Assembly (NCBI GenBank): GCA_000165425.1
Contig: CT868054.1
Coordinates: forward strand, 62,001-126,000
Direction of reading: 5' to 3'
Origin: Paramecium tetraurelia
Taxonomy: Eukaryota
Length of the DNA: 64,000 nt
This document shows, piece by piece, positions 43,236-57,897 of this stretch. The notes beneath the pieces are model-generated. The model worked only from the letters and a program-made list of their open reading frames with translations, was not told the DNA's origin and searched no databases. A program made the position numbers and the translations under genes. Positions within the stretch are counted from its first letter, which is position 1, and each line of letters opens with the position of its first letter.

Positions 43236-43844
43236 ATGAGTACCAGCAAATAGCAATTACGAAGAAATTCCGCTGTAAAACAACTAAATCAGAGTATGGC
43301 ACTTATTTAAGAGTTGTATATAAAAACATTTCATTATTTCTTTTATTCTCTCAAAAACCACATTCAAATATTATGTTCAATATTAGTTTTAATGATTAAT
43401 AAAATTTAAGAGAGTTACTTTTAGACTTTTTTAGAAAAAGAGCCCTCAATCTAAAAAGTCAAATCTATATAGATGTAGGTCAACAAATATACAATTTAAA
43501 AGAAAACCAATTAATTTGAATCAGAAAGTCTTGATAGTAGCAGGAGTGTCTTCAACTCAGATTATGACCCAAAGCCTATTTTTGAAACACAACCTCGTTA
43601 CTATACTACCATTTCAGTCTCCAAGAAAAATAAGATGTTTGAGAGATCATCCAATGCTCAAAATGTCAATTAAAAATTAGCTCAACGAAAAAGAATTCAG
43701 TCATTTCAATTAGATGAAGATGCTTACAGCTTTGAGGAAGAAGAAAGCCTTCCTGAAAAATTGATGGATGTCGATCTCTACTTCAGATAAGATGCTATTG
43801 TTTCAGTCCAAAAGATTCTTTCAACCTAAAGAAAACTATCATGA
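43236..43844 (+). CDS. Hypothetical protein
   Basis: ATG 43236 to TGA 43842-43844; coding-like composition under code 6. Confidence 0.5.
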
Positions 43845-45469
43845 TTCAACTTTCGTAATTTATTTCTATACAATATTATTCTAATCATTCAAATTTAACG
43901 AAGAAATGTATAGAAACTCTAAATTTTATTTGTTATTGTCGATAATTCTAACCTTCATACTGAACCAATTATTTCTTGTTTTTAATCACAATTCTTTTAT
44001 CGCCTTAATATTTAGAGCAACAGATTTTTATGAATTAGATGAGTATTTTTCTACAAAAATCTAAGGCGTATTAAAATTATTAGAAATCTTTAAAAATTGA
44101 GCTTCTTATGTTTTTATAATTTTTGATTTATATAATAAAATTAAAAATTTTAATAAAAACAAGTATTTCTAAAAACCTATAAAATTAGCTATTATTTTTA
44201 TCCTGAGATATCTTCTTCCGTCTTAATTACTTAATTTGAACATTTATTCTAATTAAAATGAATCATATAAAATATTTAATTTTAGATATGGTTTATAATT
44301 AATTTGAAATCAATCAATTTTATATATCTCCAAACTGATCATCATTGAGGGATATCAATTACATACAAAATTGGTATCTACGTTATGGAAAATTATAGTA
44401 AATTTTGAATTCTCTTAAATGTGTTATTTTGGCTTAACGGAATTTTATTAGAGAAAAATAATATCTTTATTTATTTTTGAAACTCTCTTAATAATCATAG
44501 CAATTCATATTCCTTTAAATTAATAAATGCTAAATATCCTATTTGTTTCAACTCTTGCAGAAATAAGCTACTTAGATTTGCATGTTTTAAAACTCTTTTA
44601 AAATCCATTACAATTTAAAGTCTCACTTTTTGCTTGTCTTTCTCGTAAAAATTATTCATTAAATCTAGTGAATCGATCAATTTTTGGTAGCTTAATATTC
44701 AGTGTTTATTCCTAATTTAAACAAAATGGGAAATTAATGTCTCTTATCCAGATTTTAAATTTATAGTTTGTTTTTCTGTAAATCATTAACCATAAATATT
44801 TGTGAGCGCATTCTTGAGTATTCTTTCCATCTAACTCGAATTCTTAGATTCATTGAGAGCTCGGTATTTATATCTGAAAAAAACCATGATGTTCTTTTTT
44901 ATGTACATTTATATGTTTACGTTTCAATCTCTGAATTATTGATGAATTAGATTAATGGAGATTGAAAGACTTTAATTTATATCAATTTTGCTAAAGATAA
45001 TATTGCATTATGATTGGTAAAACTATAATTACATCATTTAATATTTGAACTCAAATTAAATATTAGTTGTGTTTTTAGAATTGAAAGAATAAATATATAT
45101 TTTAAAAAGAATTTTTGATTATTTTAATTTTCTCTTTAATTTAAAATCATTCCTTAAAGTATATTTGAAATCTTGAATGACAACTTCTTTTCTAATAATT
45201 TAATTAAGATATGCTTTTACAGATCCATTTTGAAAATGAATTGAGACACTAATTAGATAATAATGACAGATTACTTTGCTTAAAATTAATCTATAGATTT
45301 AACCAAATAATATTACATATACATTTTTATATTCAGCTATTATCAATAGACTTTTTAATTTACAAAAGTTTATTATTAAAATATATTATATTGAGTAGTT
45401 ATTTAAATAAACTAATATTATGCTTGTGTAGCCTCAAATTAATGCTTAATAGGGTTCTTCCTCAAGATC

Positions 45470-48218
45470 TATGTCAATTTCAATGGATGATTCAATCTAT
45501 ACTTAAATACAGCCAATAGTTTAAAAAATGACTGTCGTCAATTAACATTAACTTTAAGTGAGAAAGCCATCTGATGCTGCTCAAGAATTGCTCCGATCAC
45601 CTCCAACAACGAGTGTAACACCATAGATTGCATCAGACAGACCGCCTTAAAGTGAAATGTAGGATTTGCTTCTAATTAAGGAGGAACCTAGTAACATAGA
45701 GTAGTCTGTGCAAATTAGTGACCGTTGTAAGGGAGCTCATTAAGGTCAAAAAAATAATTTAAGTTAATAAAGCATATTAATTGATGAAAAACCTTAGCAT
45801 TCTTATAGTGATGTTCAATGGAGTAGGTTAATGTCACTAAAAACCGTAAATACTCATCCATCGTTTCAACTAAACATTTTAGGTGATAAGGCTGCTGTTT
45901 TTGATCAGAGCAATTCTCTTAAAAAGTGTTTCCATCCAAAGAAATAAAATCTATATTATCATACTAGTGATATTATATATTGTCTGTATTTATGTTTCTT
46001 TATTACTTAATTGTTGATTAATTTACAAGATAGCTTTAAAGGATAGCATATTTATTAGATTTTATTAATTATCTTTTAAGTAATACATGCACTCAATCAA
46101 ATTATATTTGAATAATACGAAAATGGTGAAATAATTAATAGCATTCAATAATTAATACAAAATTATTTAAAAAAATAATCAATTTTTGATATAATCACCT
46201 CAATTCCTGTAATTTTTGCCTTATCATTCGAGGAGATGCATTTCATATAGCTTTTGCACATAATTAGACTATGGAAACTAAGATAGTAAGTGATAGGTTT
46301 CGAATTAATATATGGCAAACTAGTCTAATATACATATTATATATTGGAATTTCACTTTGTCTAATTTATCGCACTGACTATTCTTTAATTTAATCATAAT
46401 AGACAATTAAACTTTTATGATGAATTCATTGTGTTGTTCTACAAGTCCAATGAAAGCAATGCAATAACTTACCTTATAAGATTGCTCATTCTAATATATT
46501 ATTGCTATTGTATTTTTAGATTCACTCTCAAAGAAAGTCTAGATGTACATAAACTATCATTATCCTATGATACAAAGCAATAAATAAAGGCTTACATTAA
46601 TAAATTGAACTCACAATAATCTGAGGATATGAATTTTTTATCTCATTTGCCATAGAAATATGTAGACGATGTAAAATTTTAGCGTTACTTTCATTTGCTC
46701 TAAAAAATGCCTATATTTAAATGTTCCTTCTCAGAAAGCACTTTGAGATAGATTTGCAGTTTGATTCAAGAGTACACTTATATACCAAATCAAATAGTGT
46801 TGATGTAATAAACATCTAACTAGCATTTGTTCATGATCTTGTCAGGGGAAGTGCAAATATCTTAGAAGAAGGAAGGATCTTCTAATTCTGACTTCAAAAT
46901 TAAGATAATTGGGAAGGATTCAATCTTTAATAATTAGGCATTTTTCAAAAATACTTACTCCAATATTAATGCAACTTCTATAGGATATTCTTAAATTGCT
47001 CAATTGGATTTAGAATCATTTTTAGATTGTATTAAATCTCATTATTAGGAGAGATAAAAATACAAGATGATGGTTGATTAAATAGTACTTTATGAGGTTT
47101 ATAGTTTATGTTAGTTGTGTTGCTATGTATGTGGTAAGTTTCATGATATCGATGAATGTGATCATGTACATTATGTTCCAAAAAAACAAATATTGGTTTA
47201 ATACATCTAATCAAACGATTAATAAATTCGTAGAAATTATTTCAGACCTAAAACTAGACAAAAATAAAATCGGTTAAAATCTTACATCCTTAAAATTGAA
47301 GAGGCGGCACTTCAATATTAACAATAAAATTTTGAGTCAGATAACACTGATGAAAACAAAAAATACTAAGATGAGGTCATCAGTATCCAATAACCTTATT
47401 TAGGAGAAATGAGTCATCCATATTCAGAAAGATAGAGTTCTCTATAATAATCATAATAGACTCCAAAGAGAGGATCGTAAAATTCAATGCGAGACTCATT
47501 GCACTCTCTGTAATAACAATAATAATAATAATAACATTAATTGATGGATATTCCAAACATTAGTCCAGTTCAGTATATTCAATAACCACCAAGTGGAATA
47601 TCTCACAGCTCGTATGGTTAATTATTTAAGGATGTTTCAATTAACAGAAAGAATTTTAATGGGTCTTCAGATAAAAATTCTAGTGGTAATGTGTTTTCTT
47701 TACCTTACAGCAGCAATGGCAGCAAAAATACTCCTAATAACATGATTTCAAAATAAGAGAAAGATGAATTGATCAGTATTTAAATGAAAAAAGCCAAGCT
47801 GCAAGACAGTGTATATTATCACTAGAAGAGAATACAGAATCAAATGGATAATTGCAGTTAAAATACTCATTCTAAATACTAAAAATATCACACGACTCAA
47901 CCACAATAGTAATAGACCAAAACTATTCGTTCTGATAGGAAATCGAATTCTTGCATTTCTGAATCTGAGAAAGGGGAATATCAAGTACAATAGCAACAGG
48001 AAGTGCAACCGTCCAGATATGGTATTCAATCATCCAAGTTTACAGGAGAAACAGCTAAATAATTTATGAGAAACCCTTTGGAAATGCCTAATCTTGAATT
48101 TTACCAGTCTTTTGAGAAGAGTAATCAATTCAGCGATTACTTCCCTCAGCATAATATAGATCAAGCAATCGAGAGCTACAAACAATATTAACAATCTAGA
48201 TCGAGTGCACATAAATGA
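45470..48218 (+). pseudogene. EAG/CNG-like cyclic-nucleotide-regulated cation channel with disrupted transmembrane region
   Basis: YENGEIINSIQQLIQNYLKKQSIFDIITSIP; C-linker/CNBD FLSHLPQKY...MPIFKCSFSE...LFMILSGEV; CYVCGKFHDIDEC; TM region short with stops and frame changes. Confidence 0.6.
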
Positions 48219-48384
48219 ATATATTTATATATGTATAGATGTCAATCTTTATTTAATATCTTTTATACGATTCGAAATGTGATATCCTGGAATATTATAC
48301 TTTTTATGTAATTATTAAAAAGTAACAATATAAGGTTTAATTATATTATTATTCTAGTTTTTAATTTTATTTGAATAAAACAAA

Positions 48385-49395
48385 ATGAGCGCCCTTAAGG
48401 CTAAAGGTAGGAAAGTCTTTGAAATTCCAATTTGTACAATTTGCTTAGATCCGATGATAAAAGACCTTTGCGTTTTTACAGTTTGTGGCCATGTGTTTCA
48501 CTACAATTGTGGTGTAAATTGCCATTAAAATTCAAGAAAATGCCCTAATTGTCGTATGAGATCCACAGAATTATAGTCATTACATTACGCCGTTGAGGAA
48601 ATAACAGGAATAGACGAATAAATGAGTTAACTATTAACTGATTTGACCGTCGATTAAAAATAACATATGGCAAAATTATTGGCGGATCACGAAGAATTAT
48701 TGCATGAGAATTAAAGAATTAAACAAAGAAATAAATTTGTTGAAGAAAAAAATGAATCTATCCAGACTGAAGTTTAGCATATACAAGCAGAGCTTAAACG
48801 CTGTTTAGAAAAGAATAAGGAATTGGAAAATAAGGAGAGACTATAACAATCAAAATTAAAGACGCTCGAAGTTTGCTTCTAATCATTAGAGGAGGAAAAT
48901 AAAAAATTAAAGCAAGAAATTGAAAAGAGTGAAGCACTTTTGAAAGGTTATGACTATTTGGAAAGTCTAGCTAAAGTAATCAATAATCCGAATGAGGATA
49001 TGTACTTAAAATTAATAAGATAAAAAAGTCCTATTGAATAGGCCAAATAGATTTATGATTTATATATCATAAAAATGGGGTAATTCAAAAATGTACAAAA
49101 AGAAGTGACTCAATTATAAGAATAAAAGGATTAGCAATAAAAAAAATATGAATAGTTATAATAAAAGTATGAAAGAATGAAAGATTTATATGACGAAATT
49201 CAGAAGGAGAATCTATCCATCAAAGAGCTTTCAAGAAATCAGAATCAAAATCCTATATAGAAAATTATAGAGCATTATGAGGATAAATAGGAGAATGAAT
49301 TCAAACGGAAACCTGTGATGATGTTAAAACCAGCCACATTTGGATCCTCTTAATTAAGAAAACAACCACTGAGTTAAAGTTTATTGAAAAAATGA
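48385..49395 (+). CDS. RING-H2 finger + coiled-coil protein (TRAIP-like architecture)
   Basis: CTICLD...CGHVFHYNC...CPNCR followed by a long coiled coil. Confidence 0.85.
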
Positions 49396-49408
49396 TATTA
49401 ATTAATTT

Positions 49409-49935
49409 ATGTCTTAATTACCTGAATTCAAGATTCCAAATGTCGTGGATCCTAAATTGTGGCCAAATCCTCGTACAATGACTCCACAGTAATTGCAAAC
49501 ATTCACATCGTTGGACATGGTCAAATTGAACTACACATTCAAAACTTTGAAGAAATCAGCCCCATACATCGTTGGTGTGTTAGCAGGATGCTTTTTTACA
49601 AGTCTTATTGTTGATAAAGTTGTGAAAGTACACATTTTTTGGTGAGAATGGTATTCTTTTTATGTTATCTGTAGGAAATGGTGGAACACTCTTGCAAATG
49701 AAGACATACAACAGCATTGGTGATTATACTTACAATAGATAATTTTAGAGAATGAGATATCTAACTGAAATGCCTGCAGGTACACTTTAGTTGTTCTATA
49801 TATATTTCTATAGGCGATGATCCTCTTGTGAAGACCAGCGATTATTTATTACATGACTTAGGTGTAACAACTCAATAAGTTGGTGTTTAACATGGTATTG
49901 TCAAGAAAGTGCCACATGATAAGTATCTATTGTGA
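49409..49935 (+). CDS. Ciliate-specific mitochondrial ATP synthase (ATPTT-type) subunit homologue; one apparent frameshift
   Basis: PKLWPNP, single TM, GENGNGG, YNRQFQRMRYLTEMPAGDDPL, PHDKYL resemble a Tetrahymena ATP synthase subunit recalled from memory; two introns. Confidence 0.6.
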
Positions 49936-49969
49936 GTAATAGGGCAAATATAATATACAATAAATTAAT

Positions 49970-50879
49970 TCAAAATATACTACAATTTATACATGTTTCA
50001 GAAGATTTCTCTTTTATTTCATTTGTTATTTCTTTCAAAACATTATTCCTTTGTTGTTCACATAATTCATATGTCTGTGATTTGCTTCTAGTAAAATGCT
50101 CTATAAATAATTTTAATCAGGAATACTTTCATTTGTTGATGAGTTCCTTGAGTTTTCAAAATTCGTTGATTAGGATTCGAATTCATCATATTAAACGAGT
50201 TTTTATTTCAAATTTTCAAGCGCCTCGATCATTTGATTCAAATTTTAAAACTAAACTATTGAAGTACTATTACATATCGAACGATGATGAAGATATTCTC
50301 ATCAAGAAGCATATCTTAGTACGATTGATTTAAAATATCTAAGGACTAATTATTTGAATTATTTGGATTTTTTTCGACCCTATTGAAATATTCATTCACA
50401 TATTCCATCTCACTTTGATAGATTTGTACTAGTCTCATAATATCAAGTTGATTAAATAGATCATCCTCCTAGTCTTCCAAATTTTAATTCTATATCAATT
50501 GAAATTTTGGATGCAATTCTTAATGCAGCTTGAATCCTTCTCTGATTGATGATTCAATCTTAATTATGGAGGTCTTCAAAAGCTAAAGATCAAGTTGTTT
50601 GTCAAAAATGATTCGACTTTTTTTGATCTTGCTCTATTACCTCTTAGGACTATGAACGACCTCGTCACTGCATAACATGTCGTTAATAATTTAAGAAACA
50701 AGTCGAAGCTAAATCTATTGTAATAAACTTACTTCCTTAATCTTCTTTATCAAATAAGCATTATGATCTTAATTTGATTTCATTTGATCAAATGTTACAA
50801 CCAACCCTTGGATGCACTTGATTTTCTCTCCACTATCTAAAATATCGAGCACTGATTCGATTGGTAAATTTGATTACAT
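49970..50879 (-). CDS. Hypothetical coiled-coil protein
   Basis: Code-6 ORF; ends approximate. Confidence 0.5.
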
Positions 50880-51018
50880 CTGCAATTTCAACAGTACGAT
50901 TAATTATAAAATAAAAAAATCTTTGCTTCTGAGGGCAAACAATATTTGAATATAATTGGGTATTTGAAACAATTAGTTCATTTAAACTAGTGATGTATTT
51001 TATAATTAAAAATTAAAT

Positions 51019-52617
51019 ATGTTTATATGTTGTAAAAGTAACAAAAAGCCAAAAGTTGTGCAAACTTAAACATAAACTCCTCCCTAATAAACTCAACCAA
51101 AATAATCTAAATACCAAATTAGAACCTCTAATGATCAAGATCAACACTCCACTAATCTAACCAACATGGAAGGAACTAATGATAAAATCAATCTGAGCCT
51201 ACAAGAAATAGAAAAGTTCATTTTGTATGACAAGAAAACCATAGAGCAAGAGCGTGAATTAGTTACAAAATTGATTGAATTGCCTGATAAAACTCATCTC
51301 ATCGAATTTAACTGGGCCATTGCATACACCAATTATATCAAGGATGCGGGAATACAACCTGGAGAGATTAAGAACAAAATCTTATATGATAAAATTAAAG
51401 CGAAAGAAGAATTAGTGTTAGATAAGGATTACGTATTGGTTAATGATTAAGTCTGGAATGTGCTGGTAAATATCTATAAAGGAGGACCCATGCTCACAAT
51501 CAATGATTTAGATAGAAAAAGTGAAAATAATCTCTTAGACTAGTCGCTTAAGGTATTTGCATCACCCTCAATGAATGATCTTGATAAAAAATAAGCTAAA
51601 ATTAGAAACTTAAAATAAATGCCAATCAAAGAACTTTAAATAATTGGATTAGAAAATGAAATCTACTTTTGCTATTTAAATAGCGTTCTATAATGTCTGA
51701 TGGGCATCCCTTAACTAAATTATCATTTCCTACATTAATACTCAACTGATTGCAGACCTTTTAGTTATGCCTATGCAATTCTGTTAAAAAAGGCATCTAA
51801 AGTGCACTATAAAGCTCGTTTGCTGGCTAAAGAATTAATCAAAGTTCTATAAAAGCATTTCTCTATCTATGAAATGCATGATAGCTCTGAATTACTGCTC
51901 TTTATACTAGATAAATTTAAAGAAGAAATCTATATAAATAATGCTCCCTAATTCATTTAACCTGAGTAATGTTAGTTTAAGTAATCTCTTACCTTCATTG
52001 ATGAAATATTCTATGGACAACTTACGTCTTACATCAAATGCTCGAGTTGCGATAAGATAAGCCAGCATTAAGATCAATTCTATGATTTAAGTCTACCACT
52101 TGTGAGTAAGAATTTTATGTAAAGAAAACTGAATATATCGGAATGTCTTAACAACTATTTCAAAGAAGAAATGATTGAAGGAGAATGGACTTGCTCATTT
52201 TGCAATGAAAAATTAAGAAATATCAAACGGCGTGTTAAAATTACATTCACACCCAATATTTTAGTTTTGCAATTAAAAAGATTCCAAAGTTTTCCTTAAA
52301 AAAAAAAAATAAAAGAACCTGTCACTGCTAATATGGAATTGAATGTTAAAAAGTAATATCTAATTTAATGATATAGTTTCTGCATTCCTGAGGTAGTCGA
52401 AACTAAATATGAATTATAAGGTATGATTGTTCATTCAGGATCAATCGATTAAGGTCATTATGTGGCTGTGGTCAAGCGTAATCAGAATGTATGTTTATCT
52501 TAATGATTTGTGAAGTTTTATCTTTTCAATGATGATGAAATCGAGCGTCTCTCCCCTAACCAAATCAATCAAATCGATTCTGCTTACCTATTCATGTATC
52601 GTAGGAAAAGTGATTGA
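51019..52617 (+). CDS. Ubiquitin-specific protease (DUSP-like + peptidase C19)
   Basis: PGEIKN..VWNVLVNIYKGGP; IGLENEIYFCYLNSVLQCL; HDSSELL; LQLKRF; HSGSIDQGHY; FNDD. Confidence 0.9.
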
Positions 52618-52657
52618 TTAATTAACTTTTTTTATTATATTTTCTGTTGAAATTTGA

Positions 52658-54323
52658 ATGAGTTCAAACACTCTCCTAACCTACCTCTAAAGCTAAATCA
52701 CCTAAATAACACTCAACATAGAGCATATACAAAAAGACATCTCTCTACTTCACAACTAATTCGAACAGAAAATATTCACAGCAAAAAGAGAATGTACTAT
52801 CATTAAACATAAATCATAGTAAATAGTAGAGATGACTCAACATAAATATAGATAGAATAATTGAAATAATAATTTGATTGCACGATCAAAGTTTTAGAAT
52901 AGAAAATGTTACATATTGATGAAAACAAAATGGATCAAAATGAAGCTTATTAAATGATGGAATCTAACAGAAAAAACATTCAAGAAGATGTGGATTTACT
53001 CAAAAATGAAATGGCCTATTAAAAAAAATACTTTGATGATTTACTCAATGAAAAAATCCGACGTCTAGAAATTTCTAATTTGACTGAAACAGTAAACTAA
53101 TTCAAGGATCAACTCAAGCAATACTATTAAGAGGAATAGAAATAATTAAATGAACACCAAACACTTACTAAATCTCTACTTAATGCAAATAAAAAAGCAT
53201 TTTTTTAAGAATTAGAAAGAATAGTTCAATAAGTTGATTCTATGAAAACAGAAATTAATGATTAACAATAATTATTTGTCAAAAAACCAGAATTAGAAAC
53301 TCGGATTAATTAGATTCATTTATTATTAGAATAAAAATCAGATTTAATCGAAGTACAAAACGCATTAAATACCCAATAAATTGATATTGCCTAGCGATTT
53401 TAAGAGTTTAAAGACGAAGTACGCACTGTTTTGGAATTATAAGGGAATGAATTTTACTAATTGATTAATAAAAAAGTATACATTTTACCTTAATTCGAAA
53501 TAGGCAAATCATAGTGAAGTTATGTAGTTATTGTAAGGGAAAATTGATATGGAAACCCTTTTATCGCATTCGGAAGACAAAGTTCCTCTCAAAGATTTTC
53601 ATCAACATATGTCGTTAATTGAAAACATTGCACTTGATTTAGCAAAGAAATAAGATGCAAACACATTTTTAGAATATAAAGATGCCAATAACTTGTAAAT
53701 TGCTGAAATTTAAAAGGAAGTTCAAAAAAAAATGTCTAAGAGAGAATTTAAAGAAGTACTTGAAAAAAAAGCAAATCATGAAGATGTTTCTAAGGCATTC
53801 AACGAAATCTAATCTATTTTATCATCAAAATTTAATTATGAAGACTTCAATAGGTTCTAATTAAATCAAAACACTCTGAACGAATAATTATGTAGTTAAA
53901 ATATAATTGGCAGATGGCTTTATAAAGGGAATTTTCTGAGTCCTGGAAGTCTAATACCTTGGAATTTATAAGCAATTAATACATTAACTGAAAATTACTT
54001 ATGGGATAAAGATAAACCAAATATCATTGTTGTTGCTCCTGGTATTTACGAAATCACTCTTGGATTCTTTGCCAAAAAAAAACCCAAAATTGATATAATG
54101 GTCAATGGAGAAACAATTATCAATGCAGTTAATAATAGTAGGTATAAAACTATCTTAAATTAGTTATGTGGTACATCATTCTTCAGGAAAATTAAAGGAT
54201 ACTAAAACATCTGTCACTGGGTTGACAATGATTGATTTTATCTCTTTGCCTGCTCGAGCAAGAATTAATATTGCTTATCAAGGAGATTTAGGAGAAGGCT
54301 TTTTATGTTTACGAAAAGTATGA
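52658..54323 (+). CDS. Coiled-coil protein with C-terminal beta-sandwich (C1q/TNF-like) domain
   Basis: LIPWNLQAINT...IIVVAPGIYEITLGFF...IMVNGETII...GFLCLRKV*; two introns. Confidence 0.65.
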
Positions 54324-54768
54324 ATTAAAAAAATAGCATGATCTTAATCACCTTTATCATCATTTCAATAAATTATAAGAAACATTTTCTTAATTCAATT
54401 TATTCTTAAAAAAAATTAGTTAAAAATAAAAAATAAAACAATTAATAATCAGATTTTCTATTTTTTCATAATTCTTTGTTTTCAAAGTATTAGTAATAAT
54501 GGATATGGTTTAATCCATAAATAACAAATACTCTTTTCAAATCTATTCAATAAAACCATCGCAACAAGAATATTAGAGCACTTCCAGAATTAATTTGTGT
54601 TTTTTTTCAAAATAATTAATTGTTTCATTCTCCTGTTGAAGTGCTATAATTGATTCTTTGAAAATCATTCTAAGTTTAAGGAAAATAAATATTGTCTTCT
54701 CATGATTCTAATGAAAGGTAAAAATTATTAATTTTTTAGATAATATAAATTTACTTATATTGCTCATA

Positions 54769-56672
54769 ATGTAATAAACTAGCCAGAGTCGTCTACCATT
54801 CAATCCTCCTGGAAAGAAACTTGGGGTCTATCGCTTTCATAACGAGATAGGCAGAGGTAATTATGGAGTGGTAAATTTATATATCTAATACAATGTAGGT
54901 GTATTTAGCAAGTGATGATAAAGGAAACAAATATGCAATAAAATCAATAAAGAAAGAAATTTTCAAAGAAAATGGAGGTATCATTGGAGATCTCATTCGA
55001 AATGAAAAGAATGCACTGCTCTAAATCAAAAATAACCACGTCGTGAGAATATATGAATACATTGAGTCTGTCAATTAAGCTTATATGATTCTTGAACTTT
55101 GTGATGGTAATAAACTTAATTCTATAAAGGTGGGAACTTTGAGGGTTATCTGGCTTGTAAGAAATTTTAAATCACAGTTTATGAAGCTGTTTAATATATC
55201 AAATAAATTATATAAGGAGTTAATGCTTTACATGAAAAAAGGATTATTCATAGAGATTTAAAATTGAGTAATATTCTGATGAAAGACAATTCTGCTCTAT
55301 TAAAGATTGCTGATTTAGGATTCTGTCATATACTCTCTGACTATGTATTTTAAATATATTACCTTAGGAATCTCTTGCTAAATTAAATTTAGGAACCATA
55401 GGAACCAAGGCACCAGAGATTATCCTAAATAAACCTTATGATTGTGCTGTTGATATTTTTTCCACTGGAGTGATGTTTTATTAATTGCTTTGTGGTGGAA
55501 ACTATCCCTTCCATCCAACCACTGAGGAAGAATACCTAGACTAAATATTAAAAGGACGTAAATCATTTAAAGTATCATAGCGGATAATATAACCTTTTAA
55601 TCATAAAATGAAGCTCCGCCGTAAGAACTTTAGCAATTAATTAGAAGAATGCTTCATTATAATCCTGAACAAAGATTAAAATGGAGCGAAATGTTCGATT
55701 GTTCCATTTTCAAAACAAGTTCATCATTATAATATTTAAAAAGCTCTTTAATTAGAAACTCATTTAGGATTTAATTCTAGAGTTTAGGACGTTAAAAAAA
55801 TTTAGGATTTCTACATTCAAAATTAGGAGAAAATAGTTTCAATGGTTTCCCCTAAATTTGCAGATATTGGCCATTTCACCTTCCCAGATGAAGTTGTAAA
55901 TAGATCCTTAACAGAAAAAGAACAAAACTAATAAATTGTTGCTAATGATATTTAATATGTTAGTACTGTAAGTTTTCAAGATAAGGATGAAATTCAATAA
56001 ATTCAACAAGACAGTTGCAAAATAAATGAACTTTTTGAAAAGTATTTATCCAAATATAGATATTTAACACTCCACTAAATTGTTTATGATCTTATTCACA
56101 AAACTAATCACTTAAACGTAAAGTAAATACTTTTTCCAATCCTTATAATATCTAAAAGGATATTTAAACTATAAAAGGAACTAATTAAAATCATTGATAA
56201 AGATGGAAATATATTTGATTCACCTTATTATAATAGCTTAATCATTACTGATTAATGGAAGGTTTTAATTGAAGAAATGCTGAATAGCAAGAATTGGATT
56301 TATGAATAAGTATAACATAACATCAAAACTTTCTATTTAAATATAAATCAAAGACCAGATGATTATAAAAAAAAATATGTATAAAGTGAATGGCTTGAAG
56401 AGGCAGATGTATATTTTTCAAAAGAAAACTTTGATAATATTTTTTAATAATGCATAAATCGATATATCGGTTATTTAATTCAAGATATATACTAAGTAGA
56501 GAAGGATTAAATAAAAAAAAAGATTATTATAGTCTATTTAGTAAAGATTTTGACAGTTAATGAAATAGAGGTCGATGATATACCTATATATTAATTAGAA
56601 CCATTGCTTTAAAGTAAAAATGTAGATAAACTCTTTTAAGAATCATACTCAATTTATATGTAAAAATAATGA
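54769..56672 (+). CDS. Ser/Thr protein kinase with C-terminal extension (DLG variant)
   Basis: [38 protein letters not shown]; several introns; start uncertain. Confidence 0.88.
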
Positions 56673-56749
56673 TAATATTCATAAAATAAATAATAGAATA
56701 TTTTTTTTTTGAATAATTATGAATTAATATAACATATGGATAGTTTAAA

Positions 56750-57897
<1,148 letters not shown>

